Positions 44,873 to 53,919 of a stretch of 64,000 nt of DNA are shown here, one piece after another. Position 1 is the first letter of the stretch. Every line of letters starts with the position of its first letter. Origin of the DNA: Gaiellales bacterium. Lineage in GTDB: Bacteria > Actinomycetota > Thermoleophilia > Gaiellales > JAICJC01. Where the stretch lies: positions 1,232-65,231 of the forward strand of contig JBBQUW010000013.1 in NCBI GenBank assembly GCA_038212095.1, written 5' to 3'. Under the pieces are notes generated by a model, which was given only the letters and a program-made list of their open reading frames with translations, was not told the origin of the DNA and did no database searches. A program made the position numbers and the translations under genes.

Positions 44873-45115
44873 ATGTCCGAGCGAGAGATCACCTGTCAGG
44901 AGCTGGTCGAACTCGTCACCGAGTATCTCGACGACAGCCTGCCTCCCGACCGGCGCCTGCTGTTTGAGGAACACCTGGCGTTCTGCTCGGCGTGCGGCAC
45001 CTACCTGGAGCAGATGCGGCTGACGATCCGGCTGACCGGCACGCTCCGTGAGGACGATCTCGACCCGATCGCGCGCGACTCGATGCTCGCCGTGTTGAGG
45101 GGGTTCGCGCGATGA
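44873..45115 (+). CDS. Zinc-finger (ZAS, HxxxCxxC) anti-sigma factor, short soluble form
   Basis: ATG 44873 lies 5 nt after the sigma stop. Contains EEHLAFCSACGTYL. Confidence 0.75.
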   Translation: MSEREITCQELVELVTEYLDDSLPPDRRLLFEEHLAFCSACGTYLEQMRLTIRLTGTLREDDLDPIARDSMLAVLRGFAR

Positions 45116-45633
45116 CGATCGCGTACAAGTTTCTGCGCCCCGGCCGGATGGCGCCATTCACCGGGGCACGCTGGCCGCCGGCCGGCGAGTGGCTCGATGG
45201 CGGGGGATCGCCCGCCCTGTGCCGGTGTGGCATCCACGCGTTGGAAGCGGTCGCGCTGCCCAAGTGGATGACCGAGGAGTTGTGGCGAGTCGAACTGGAC
45301 GACAGCACCCACCCTGGCGGCGGCATCGTGCTCGCCCGCCGTGGGCGCCTGGTCGAGCGCGTCGCTGGATGGAGCGACGAGACCGCCCACGCGTACGCCG
45401 AGGACTGCCTGCACCATCTCCCCAGGGGCGGCTGCGAGGTCGTGCGGACGCGGGCAGCGGATACGGTCGCCGTCGCCGCCACCGTGATCGCCGGTACCGC
45501 GGCCGCCGAGGTTGGATATTGCGCTGCGAAGGCCGCTGAGGCGGACGCCCCCGGCGGCTATGAGCGCGAGCGCATCCGCCAGGCCATCTGGCTGGCGAGC
45601 CGGCTGGAACTGGAGCGATCCACTCCCGGTTGA
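45112..45633 (+). CDS. Hypothetical protein coupled to the anti-sigma gene
   Basis: ATGA overlap at 45112-45115. Product begins MTIAYKFLRPGRMAPFTGARWPPAGEWL..CRCGIHA..ELWRVELD. Confidence 0.55.
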   Translation: MTIAYKFLRPGRMAPFTGARWPPAGEWLDGGGSPALCRCGIHALEAVALPKWMTEELWRVELDDSTHPGGGIVLARRGRLVERVAGWSDETAHAYAEDCLHHLPRGGCEVVRTRAADTVAVAATVIAGTAAAEVGYCAAKAAEADAPGGYERERIRQAIWLASRLELERSTPG

Positions 45634-45716
45634 CCACGCGGAACGCGATGGCCGGCGGTCAGCAGGTGTAGGCTGGCAGGTGGAGCGCCGGGAAGCCTGG
45701 TCGGCATTCTTCGACT

Positions 45717-47090
45717 ATGCCCATCGCCGCCCGCCAGATCCTGCACTCCCGCCCCGTCTTGCTGATCGCGTTCGCGTTCGCGGTGATGGGGGATCCGGTG
45801 TCGTCGGTCGCGTACGCGATCGAGGCGGCGCTGCGCGCTCTGGGAGGGCGGCTCGATCTGCTCGTGGCGACGATGACGGTGGTGATCGCTGTGATCGGGT
45901 TGGTGATCGTCAACTATCACCGCCTGGTGGCGCGCTTTCCCGGAGGTGGAGATGCGGCCGCAGCGGGCACCGCCTTCGGTGAGGGGTGGGCGTTCTTGCC
46001 GCTGGGGTCGTTGATCGTCGACTACACGCTGACGATCGCCATCAGCTGTTCGGCTGCGGCCTCGGCCCTCATCGCCTATCTCCCCGGTGCCGGGTCGGCG
46101 CGCGTGCCGCTGGCGATCTCGCTATGTGTGCTGGTGGCCGGGCTGACCTGGTTTGGTCATGGCGGGCGCACGCTGTTTGCGGTGATGACGATCTCGTTCT
46201 TGGCCGTGGGCTCGCTGGTGATCGTGCTGGGGCTGGTGCATCCGGCCGGCGGCGGGCACGCCGCACTGCATCCGCGATCGGCGTCTGGGAGCGGGCTGGT
46301 CGCTGTGCTGCTCGCGTTCCCCGTGGCGATGGCGCTCGCCACCGGCGTCGAGGCGCCATCGTCGGCGGTCGCACAGTTGGGGCAGCTGGACCGCGCAGGC
46401 AAGGTCCAGTTTGGACAGGTCACGCTGTGGCTGACGCTTGGCATCGTCGGTTGGCTGACCATGGGGCTGACTGTGTTGGCGGTGAGGCTGCACGTCGGCA
46501 TTCCGTCCGCCGACTCGACGCAGATCGCCGATATCGCGCGCGCCGCGGTCGGCCATGGCGTGCTGTTCGCCGCCTTCCAGCTGACGAGCGCCGTGTTACT
46601 GCTGGCCGCCGCGAGCAGCTCGTTTCAAGCCGGCCCCGGGCTGCTGAAGGCGCTCGCCGGTGGCATCGGCGAGCGCGGCATCCTGCCGGCTTCGCTGGCG
46701 CGGGCGAACAAGCACCACACGCCGTACTGGTCGGTGGTGGTGTTTCTGGTCGCATCCGCCGTGATCATCGTGGGCGGCGGCGGCCGCGAGCAGGAGCTTG
46801 TGCTGTTCTACGCGGTGGCGGTGTTCGTCTCGTTTCTGTTCGGCCTGCTCTCGATGAGCGCCTTCTCTCGGCGAGAGGGCCGCCGGCTGCTGCTGGCGGT
46901 CAATCTGGTCAGCGTGGCCGCGGTCGTGCTGACCCTGGCCGTGAACCTCCAGCGCGGCTATCCGCTCGCGTCGCTGGCGGCGGCGGGAGTCGTGGCGGCC
47001 ATCCTCTATATCCTGTGGACGCGGGCTGGGCGGCCCGGCGGAGTGTCGGAGGCCGAACGTCTGGCGGTGGAGGAAGCCGGTGTCGCGTAG
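45717..47090 (+). CDS. APC-superfamily permease (amino acid/polyamine transporter-like)
   Basis: 457 aa with ~12 hydrophobic segments and an N-terminal AFAVMGDPVSSVAYAIE. Confidence 0.6.
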   Translation: MPIAARQILHSRPVLLIAFAFAVMGDPVSSVAYAIEAALRALGGRLDLLVATMTVVIAVIGLVIVNYHRLVARFPGGGDAAAAGTAFGEGWAFLPLGSLIVDYTLTIAISCSAAASALIAYLPGAGSARVPLAISLCVLVAGLTWFGHGGRTLFAVMTISFLAVGSLVIVLGLVHPAGGGHAALHPRSASGSGLVAVLLAFPVAMALATGVEAPSSAVAQLGQLDRAGKVQFGQVTLWLTLGIVGWLTMGLTVLAVRLHVGIPSADSTQIADIARAAVGHGVLFAAFQLTSAVLLLAAASSSFQAGPGLLKALAGGIGERGILPASLARANKHHTPYWSVVVFLVASAVIIVGGGGREQELVLFYAVAVFVSFLFGLLSMSAFSRREGRRLLLAVNLVSVAAVVLTLAVNLQRGYPLASLAAAGVVAAILYILWTRAGRPGGVSEAERLAVEEAGVA

Positions 47091-47105
47091 GTCGCCGGCC
47101 GCGCG

Positions 47106-47909
47106 CTAGCGCGGCACGTCGAGCGCGTCGTAGAGCGCCGCATACCCGCTCTCGTCCCCGTCCACCCAGCGGCCCACCCACTCCTCACGCATCGCGTCGG
47201 CGACGGTCGGATCGGTGGAGCTCATCTCAAACAGGCCGTCGCGAAACGCTGCACTGGTGGCCAGGTCGTGGGTCGGCAGCACGGTGAAGTTGCAGTGGTG
47301 ATAGGGCGGTGTCGTCCACACCCGTCGGAGCTTGACGCCCTCGACGGTGTCGGCATCGAACACGCCCGCGCAGGTGGCGTCCGCCAGCACCGCCGCGTCG
47401 ATCTCTCCCCGGATCAGCCGTGCCAGCTGTTCCCGCTCTGCACCGCCGGTGTCGCCATGTTTGCCAAGGTCGATCTCGAGCCGCTCGCTGGTCGCGTCAC
47501 GATCGGGGTCAAAGCCCTCCTGTTGCATGAAGTACACGGGCAGGATTGTCGCCTGCGGCGAATCAGACGACGCCAGCCCGATTCGCCTCCCGGCCAGGTC
47601 GGCCAGTGCACCGGCGGCCGAGTCGTCTCTCACGACCAGGTGGCTTCGCCAGTCGCGATCGTTGTCACGCATGGCGAGCATGGTGCAGCCGCCGCCTGAG
47701 CGTCTCTGAGCCTCGACGTACGCCAGGTTCGTGTTCCAGGCGACATCGATCTCTCCCAGAAACAGCGCGTCGAGCTGCTCGTCGTAGCTGCTGAACAGGG
47801 TTGGTCGCACCGGGTTGCCGCGGGCCGCGAACCAGGCCGTGAACGCCTCCCAGATCGTGACAACGCGGGGGTGGTAGGCGACGGCTCCGACGTGTAGCGG
47901 CTCTGGCAT
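47106..47909 (-). CDS. PhnD-like type-2 periplasmic-binding-fold protein, no signal peptide
   Basis: ATG 47909 inside track ORF 47106..48161. Contains DALFLGEIDVAWNTNLAYVEA and RIGLASSDSPQATILP. Confidence 0.5.
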   Translation of the reverse strand: MPEPLHVGAVAYHPRVVTIWEAFTAWFAARGNPVRPTLFSSYDEQLDALFLGEIDVAWNTNLAYVEAQRRSGGGCTMLAMRDNDRDWRSHLVVRDDSAAGALADLAGRRIGLASSDSPQATILPVYFMQQEGFDPDRDATSERLEIDLGKHGDTGGAEREQLARLIRGEIDAAVLADATCAGVFDADTVEGVKLRRVWTTPPYHHCNFTVLPTHDLATSAAFRDGLFEMSSTDPTVADAMREEWVGRWVDGDESGYAALYDALDVPR

Positions 47910-47993
47910 GAGCCGCCACCCTATCCGCCGAGTCGCTGACTGTCCAGTCGGGGCATCACAGGCAGGCGCAGAGAGATGTTGTAGAGTCGGCGT

Positions 47994-49049
47994 GTGCTCG
48001 CCCGAATCGTGGCCGCGTTCGTGACGCCGGTCGTTCTGATCCCGCTGGTCGCCTACCTGTTGATCGACCATGGGCGATCCGCCCATCTCGCACCGGCTGC
48101 GCCGGTCAGCTACGCGCAGGTGCAGGCGCTGTTCACGAGCGCTGGGTGCACCGGCTGTCACCCCAACGTGAACTCAACGCTGAACCTGCAGCAGGATGCG
48201 TCGTACAACTCGTTGGCCAACCAGACTGCGCTCGAGGACCCCCACTACGCCTACATCGTTTCCGGCGATCCGCAGAAGAGCTTCCTCTACCTGAAGGTGG
48301 CCGGTTTTGGCGCCTTCAGTCAGGTCGGAGGACGGATGCCGTTCGGCAAGCCGCCGCTCACAAGCGATCAGATCCATCTGCTGGCCAACTGGATCACCCA
48401 GGGCGCTCGAGGGCCCTCGGGACAGCTGCCACCGGCGTCCACCGCGCCGTTGCCCGGCGAACCGGCATCCGCATCGCTGCCACTGGCCACCACGCCGATC
48501 GGCACGGGCACCATCACCGGCACGGTTATCGACCAGGCTCGCAAGCCGATCGCGGGAGCTCTGGTCACGCTGCTGCTTCGGGGGGCCAACCAGGAGGGCG
48601 GCGAGGAGCATTACCGCGTCGCGCAGACCAACGCTGCCGGCCGCTATACCCTCGCCCGGGTACCGACCGGCACGTTCGAGCTGAAGGCCTACGCGCCGCA
48701 CACCATCTACACCTCCCACTTCGTCTCCCTGAAGCCAGGAGGCTCGACATCGATAGATTTCGGCTTAGCGACGCGCGTGCTCTCGACTCCGAATATCTCG
48801 AAGCCCAAGATCACGCTCGTGCCGGGCGGCGGTGAGATGCTCTCCATGACGGTTGCCGGCCGCAACCTGGATCCCAACTACACCTTGGTCGCGAACCCGC
48901 GGTCAGGACGAGTGTTCGAAGTGCATGCGGCGGGCGCGAAGGCGGGCATCTGGAGCAGGACGATCCCGATGCGGCTGAAGGGGCCGTGGATCTTCTTCGC
49001 CGTCGATCGAATATGCAGCTCCAGCCAGTTCATCACGGTTCGCGGCTAG
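47994..49049 (+). CDS. Membrane-anchored protein: CxxCH (PSCyt1-like) module + carboxypeptidase-regulatory-like beta-sandwich
   Basis: N-terminal TM helix. VQALFTSAGCTGCHP...SGDPQKSFLYLKV...LTSDQIHLLANWITQGA, then GTITGTVIDQARKPIAGALV...NAAGRYTLARVPTGTFELKAY. Confidence 0.65.
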   Translation: MLARIVAAFVTPVVLIPLVAYLLIDHGRSAHLAPAAPVSYAQVQALFTSAGCTGCHPNVNSTLNLQQDASYNSLANQTALEDPHYAYIVSGDPQKSFLYLKVAGFGAFSQVGGRMPFGKPPLTSDQIHLLANWITQGARGPSGQLPPASTAPLPGEPASASLPLATTPIGTGTITGTVIDQARKPIAGALVTLLLRGANQEGGEEHYRVAQTNAAGRYTLARVPTGTFELKAYAPHTIYTSHFVSLKPGGSTSIDFGLATRVLSTPNISKPKITLVPGGGEMLSMTVAGRNLDPNYTLVANPRSGRVFEVHAAGAKAGIWSRTIPMRLKGPWIFFAVDRICSSSQFITVRG

Positions 49050-49393
49050 CCTGCGTGGCAGCGATGGTGGCGACGCTGGCATCCGCATGTTCCTCAGGTG
49101 GCGACAGCCAGGTCTCGTTCCGCCATGACATCCAGCCGATCTTCACCGCCAGCTGCGCAGGCTGCCACCCCACCGCCTACCCATATCTCGATCTGCGTCC
49201 GGGCGCTGCGTACGACCAGCTGGTGGGCGTCTCACCACCCAACGCCGCGTCCTACGAGCGGGTCGTTCCCGGCTCCCCGCAGCTCAGCTACTTGCTGATC
49301 CACCCGATCGACCCATCCCGGAAAACTCTATTGACGCCCGCCGAGCGGCGCCTGATCACACGGTGGATCAGCCAGGGGGCGAAGAACAATTAG
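49013..49393 (+). CDS. Lipoprotein with a paralogous CxxCH (PSCyt1-like) module
   Basis: Lipobox LASAC. IQPIFTASCAGCHP...VPGSPQLSYLL...LTPAERRLITRWISQGA. Start ambiguous between 48986, 49013, 49055 and 49064. Confidence 0.6.
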   Translation: MQLQPVHHGSRLACVAAMVATLASACSSGGDSQVSFRHDIQPIFTASCAGCHPTAYPYLDLRPGAAYDQLVGVSPPNAASYERVVPGSPQLSYLLIHPIDPSRKTLLTPAERRLITRWISQGAKNN

Positions 49394-49397
49394 CAGG

Positions 49398-49913
49398 GTG
49401 CCGCTGCCCGAGGTGGACGAGGCGCCGCTGCTTGCCCGCGCGTTCTATCGCGCTGACGGGTCGGCCTCCGCGCTCACCCGTTCGTTTGCGATCGCAGCCG
49501 AGATGATGGAGACGCTGATGCCCTTCCTCGGTCAGATCATGGACGAGAGCTCCATCGACCTGCCCACCAAAGAGCTTGTGATCATGCGCGTCTCTCAGCT
49601 GAACGGGTGCGTGTACTGCCTGGCCGCGCATCGGCCGGTGGCGCTCGACGCGGACGTATCTGACAGCCAACTGGCGGCTGTCTGCGATCTGGCAGGGCTT
49701 GACTCCCTCTCGCCGCGAGAGCGTGCGATCATCGCATGGGTCGACCAGGTGGCACGCGACGCGAGTGGCGTCACGGATGCGCTGGTGGCGGCGACGCTCG
49801 ATCACCTGCGGGACGACCAGCTGGTCGAGCTGACCGTGCTTGCCGGCACGATCACGATGCTGAACCAGTACTGCACCGCGTTTCAGATCCCCCCACCAGG
49901 AGGTGGTCTGTGA
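49398..49913 (+). CDS. Carboxymuconolactone decarboxylase/AhpD-like family protein
   Basis: GTG 49398 lies 4 nt after the upstream stop. Contains the VSQLNGCVYCLAAH motif. Confidence 0.75.
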   Translation: MPLPEVDEAPLLARAFYRADGSASALTRSFAIAAEMMETLMPFLGQIMDESSIDLPTKELVIMRVSQLNGCVYCLAAHRPVALDADVSDSQLAAVCDLAGLDSLSPRERAIIAWVDQVARDASGVTDALVAATLDHLRDDQLVELTVLAGTITMLNQYCTAFQIPPPGGGL

Positions 49914-50752
49914 GCGGGCTGCGCGATGCGGTGGCCGAGGGCATCGCCGAAGGGCGGATGGGTGAGCGGCTGTGGCTGTATGCCACCTATCACTGCAACC
50001 TCGCCTGCTCGTACTGCCTGACCGAGTCGTCGCCCCAGATCGCCGATCGCCGCCATCTCGACCGCGCGGCGATGCTGGAGGCCGTTCACCAGGCTCAGGA
50101 GCTGGGACTGACCTGCGTCGGGATCACCGGGGGCGAGACCTTCATGGTGCCCTGGCTGCCGGAGGCCCTGGCCGAGATCGGCGAGATCATGCCCACCATC
50201 GTGCTGACCAACGCGACGCTCTTCACCGATCGCATGCTGGAGCGATTGCAGCCGCTGGCCGGCCGTGACGTCGCACTGCAGATCTCTCTCGACTCCGACC
50301 AGCCATCCCGAAACGACGAGTTTCGCGGGCCGGACAACTTCGCCAAGGTTCTGGACGCGATCCCCAAGCTGTTGAACCGCGGCATCCGCGTGCGGCTCGC
50401 GACCACCGTCGAGTATCAGACCGAGGCCGAGCTTGCCAACCTGTGCACGCTGCACCGCTCACTGGGAATCTCGGACGACGACCACGTCGTTCGTTCGGTG
50501 GTGCGGCGCGGTCGCGCCGTCGCTCGCGAGATGGGCGCCGAGCTGGGCGCTGACGACGTGCTGCCGGAGCTGACCGTAACCGCCGACGGTGCCTTCCTGC
50601 ACCCCTTCGCTCCGACCGTCCGCAACGGCCGCACCGACCTCGACCTGCTCGTCTCACGCCAGACGCGGCCGCTTGATCGGGCGATGTCGCGGTTCCTGCA
50701 GGTAACGGCGGGGCTGCCGAGCGGCGCCGACGTCGTTCGCAACATCCGTTGA
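49910..50752 (+). CDS. Radical SAM protein (no SPASM or Cys-rich tail)
   Basis: AGGAGG plus GTG 49910 in a GTGA overlap. YHCNLACSYC (CX3CX2C), GITGGE and ISLDS motifs. Confidence 0.8.
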   Translation: MSGLRDAVAEGIAEGRMGERLWLYATYHCNLACSYCLTESSPQIADRRHLDRAAMLEAVHQAQELGLTCVGITGGETFMVPWLPEALAEIGEIMPTIVLTNATLFTDRMLERLQPLAGRDVALQISLDSDQPSRNDEFRGPDNFAKVLDAIPKLLNRGIRVRLATTVEYQTEAELANLCTLHRSLGISDDDHVVRSVVRRGRAVAREMGAELGADDVLPELTVTADGAFLHPFAPTVRNGRTDLDLLVSRQTRPLDRAMSRFLQVTAGLPSGADVVRNIR

Positions 50753-51453
50753 GCATGACCACCCAGGCCCACCGGTCGGTGGGCGAAGGAGTGGTGGCGA
50801 TCATCCCGGCTCTGGACGAGGAGCGCTCGATCGCGGCGGCGATCGCGTCGCTTCCCCCCGAGCTGGTCGGCCGCGTGATCGTGGTCGACGGCGGCTCACG
50901 CGACCAGACGGCCGCGCGCGCCGCCGCGGCCGGCGCCGAGGTGATCCGCGAGCCGCGCCGCGGGTACGGTCGGGCGTGCCTGGTCGGCGCCGAGGCGGCT
51001 GCCGGGGCCGCCGTACTGCTGTTCATGGACGGTGATGGAAGCGACGTTGGCGAGCAGGCGGATCGGCTGCTCGCGCCGATCCTCAACGACGAAGCCGAAC
51101 TGGTGCTCGGATCGCGCGTGCGCGGTCGCCGCGAGCGCGGAAGCCTCTCCCCCCACCAGGTGGCCGGCAACCGGGTCGTCTCGACGATTCTCAATCGCCG
51201 CTTCCGACTGGCGCTGACCGACATCGGCCCATTCCGCGCCATTCGGGCGGACCTGTTACCGCAGCTGGGGCTGCGCGAGATGACGTACGGCTGGCCGACT
51301 GAGATGATCCGAAACGCCGCCCGCAATGGCGACCGGGTGGTCGAGGTGCCGGTCGATTATCGCCGCCGCACGGACGGCCGATCGAAGGTCTCGGGCGACC
51401 TGCGTGCCTCGGCGCGCGCCGGCTGGCACATGCTGCGGGTGGCCGTAGGATGA
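50749..51453 (+). CDS. Family 2 glycosyltransferase
   Basis: VVAIIPALDEERSI, VIVVDGGSRDQT and FMDGDGSD. The start (TTG 50749 or ATG 50755) straddles the rSAM stop. Confidence 0.8.
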   Translation: MSMTTQAHRSVGEGVVAIIPALDEERSIAAAIASLPPELVGRVIVVDGGSRDQTAARAAAAGAEVIREPRRGYGRACLVGAEAAAGAAVLLFMDGDGSDVGEQADRLLAPILNDEAELVLGSRVRGRRERGSLSPHQVAGNRVVSTILNRRFRLALTDIGPFRAIRADLLPQLGLREMTYGWPTEMIRNAARNGDRVVEVPVDYRRRTDGRSKVSGDLRASARAGWHMLRVAVG

Positions 51454-52586
51454 GTGCGCCGGCGCTGTTGGTCACCGCCAAGGCGCCTCGTCCCGGCCAC
51501 GTCCAGACGCGCATGTGCCCGCCGCTGGGGCTACGCACCGCGGCTCGCCTCAGCCGCGCGTTCGTCGCCGATGCGTTGGCTGGGGCACGGGTGGTCGATC
51601 CCGGCGCCGGCCTGCTCGCCCCCCCCGCTGACGTTGCCGATCTGACGCTGCTGTTCCCGGGAGTCCCGGTCGTCGCCCAGCACGGCAGCGGGCTGGCCGA
51701 TGCGCTGGAGCATGCTGTCGCCGGTGGCGCCACGGTCGTCTCGGGCGACGCCCCCACCTACCCGGTCGAGCTGATCCGGCGCGGCCTGGCGTCGACTGCT
51801 GACCTCGTGCTTGGCCCCTCGCTGGATGGCGGCTACTGCCTGATCGGCATGCGTCGCTTCCATCCAGCTCCGTTTCGTGGCATCGCCTGGTCGACGGGCG
51901 CGGTGCTCGAGCAGACCGTGACCGCCGCGCGTGCCGCCGGCCTGACGGTCGAGCTGCTCGATCCAGCGGCCGACATCGACACCGTCCAGGATCTCGTCGC
52001 CTGCGACCTGCGTTCGGCGACGCACACGACGGCACTGTTGGCCGATCCCGAGCTGGCACCCTTCATGCCCCTGCCCCCAGCCGCTGTGGGCGAGCGGCGC
52101 GTCATGCACGAGACACCATGGCGGCGGCTGGTTGTTGACCGGCTTGCGAATGGCAGCGAGTACGGGTATCTGGAGACGCCCCGCGCGGTGTGGGTGGTGC
52201 CCGTGTCGGATGCGGGCGAAACCGTGTTCGTGCGCCAGTACCGACACCCGGTTCGCGCGCACCCGTTGGAGATGCCGGCCGGGTCGATCGAGCCGGGCGA
52301 GACGCCGACCGCCGCCGCCATCCGCGAACTTCGCGAGGAGGTGGGGGGGACCGCACGCGAGCTTCGCCGGGTGGGCGGCTTCTACTCATCGTCTGCCCAC
52401 GTCTCGCTCGAGGGCGTCGTGTTCCTCGCCACCGGAGTCGAGTTCGACATGCCCACCCACGCCGACATCGAACGCCTTGAGCTGGTGCGGATGCCGTTTC
52501 GGCGCGCGCTCGAGCTTGCGCGCGACGGTGAGCTGTGTGAGGCCCAGACGGCACTGGCGGTGATCCTTGCCGGCCAGGCTCTCTAG
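51450..52586 (+). CDS. DUF2064 (TIGR04282-like nucleotidyltransferase fold) fused to a Nudix hydrolase
   Basis: N-terminal half LLVTAKAPRPGHVQTRMCPPLG, GPSLDGGYCLIGM, IAWSTGAVLEQT. C-terminal half has a complete Nudix box GSIEPGETPTAAAIRELREEVGG. ATGA overlap with the GT2 stop. Confidence 0.75.
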   Translation: MSAPALLVTAKAPRPGHVQTRMCPPLGLRTAARLSRAFVADALAGARVVDPGAGLLAPPADVADLTLLFPGVPVVAQHGSGLADALEHAVAGGATVVSGDAPTYPVELIRRGLASTADLVLGPSLDGGYCLIGMRRFHPAPFRGIAWSTGAVLEQTVTAARAAGLTVELLDPAADIDTVQDLVACDLRSATHTTALLADPELAPFMPLPPAAVGERRVMHETPWRRLVVDRLANGSEYGYLETPRAVWVVPVSDAGETVFVRQYRHPVRAHPLEMPAGSIEPGETPTAAAIRELREEVGGTARELRRVGGFYSSSAHVSLEGVVFLATGVEFDMPTHADIERLELVRMPFRRALELARDGELCEAQTALAVILAGQAL

Positions 52587-53862
52587 CCTTGGCTGGCGCA
52601 GGCTGGTGGCGTTCGCACCGCCCAGTATCCTCGTGGCCACGATTGCGGCCGGCTACTGGCTGCAACACCACCAGCATCGTCCTCTCGGCGCTCCCAACGC
52701 GCCGATGTACTGGTTCTCGCATCCCAAGGCGACCTGGTGGGTCGCGCCGGCCGCGCTCGTGCTGTGCGCCGCGGCCGTGCTGGCGCCGGCTCTGCTTCGC
52801 GCGACGCCGCGGCGCTTCGTGACCGGCGCCGCCCTGCTCGCGCTCGCCACTCGGGTCGCGCTGAACGTCAGCCGCGACGGACCGCACGAACTGATCGTCC
52901 CGCTCACCGGCAAGGAGGGGCGGCAAGAGTACCTTCCGACGGTCGCCCGGTTCGTGTCAGACCCGACCGGATACCTCCGACACTTCGACGATCTGATCCG
53001 CACCACGCTGGGCGACCACCCGGCGGGACATCCACCCGGACCGACCGTGATACTCGCCGGGCTGAACCAGATCGGGCTGGGCGGCGCGTGGCCGGCGGCG
53101 CTCCTGATCCTGATCGCGGGCTCGCTGACCGTGCTGCCACTCTACGCGCTCGCCTGCCGAGTGAGCGACGAACCGAGCGCGCGTCTCGCGGTGTTGGCGT
53201 GGGTGTTCGCGCCAAACGTTCTGCTGATGAGCGCCACGTCGATGGACGCGGTTTTTGGATTGGTCGCGACCGTGGCCGCGGTGCTGCTGGTGGGGCGTCG
53301 AGCGATTGCGGGAGGCGTCGTGACGGCCATCGCATCATTTCTCTCCTACGCGCTGCTGGCGATACCGGTGTGGGCGCTCGGCGTGCTGCTGATGCGCCGC
53401 ACCCCACCACGCATGCTGTTCGCAAAGGTCGCGCAAGCGGTCGCGGTGATCGCGCTCGGCTACCTGCTGCTGTGGATGGTGACCGGCTACGACCCGATCG
53501 CCGCATACCAGGCCACCAAGCAGGCCTACGGTCAGGGCATCTCGCGCCGCCGCCCGCTCTGGTTCTGGTTCTTCGGCGACCTGGCGGTGTTCCTGCTCGG
53601 CCTCGGCCTGCCCGCTGTGGTTCTGTGGTCGCGGGCCCTCAGCCGCCTCGATGCTGCCGCCGTCGCGCTGGCTGTGACGCTGCTTGTCGCGTCGGGATCG
53701 GGCTTTGCCAAGGCCGAGGTGGAACGGATCTGGCTGTTCCTGATCCCTTTGGCCGCACTCTCCATCGGACCGCAGCTGCGCGGGCTGCGACTGCGCCCGG
53801 TACTGCTCATGCTGGTGGCGCAGGCGCTGCTGGTAGAGGTCCTCTTCGGCACCACCTGGTAG
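52567..53862 (+). CDS. Polytopic membrane protein, GT-C-like glycosyltransferase candidate
   Basis: Many TM helices, with an early loop carrying DHPAGHPPGPTV. TTG 52567 overlaps the upstream gene by 20 nt; GTG 52606 is an alternative. Confidence 0.5.
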   Translation: MPARLSSLGWRRLVAFAPPSILVATIAAGYWLQHHQHRPLGAPNAPMYWFSHPKATWWVAPAALVLCAAAVLAPALLRATPRRFVTGAALLALATRVALNVSRDGPHELIVPLTGKEGRQEYLPTVARFVSDPTGYLRHFDDLIRTTLGDHPAGHPPGPTVILAGLNQIGLGGAWPAALLILIAGSLTVLPLYALACRVSDEPSARLAVLAWVFAPNVLLMSATSMDAVFGLVATVAAVLLVGRRAIAGGVVTAIASFLSYALLAIPVWALGVLLMRRTPPRMLFAKVAQAVAVIALGYLLLWMVTGYDPIAAYQATKQAYGQGISRRRPLWFWFFGDLAVFLLGLGLPAVVLWSRALSRLDAAAVALAVTLLVASGSGFAKAEVERIWLFLIPLAALSIGPQLRGLRLRPVLLMLVAQALLVEVLFGTTW

Positions 53863-53919
53863 CGGCGTGGGCGGCCGCGCACATGATCGTTGGTGGCCAC
53901 TGGTCTACGCTCGCTGGCG

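Noticed and set aside
49910-50752. Calling the radical SAM gene arsS (arsenosugar synthase)
   Set aside because: It lacks the C-terminal Cys-rich (DUF3641/seleno) domain that I associate with that family, and no arsM-like methyltransferase is nearby.
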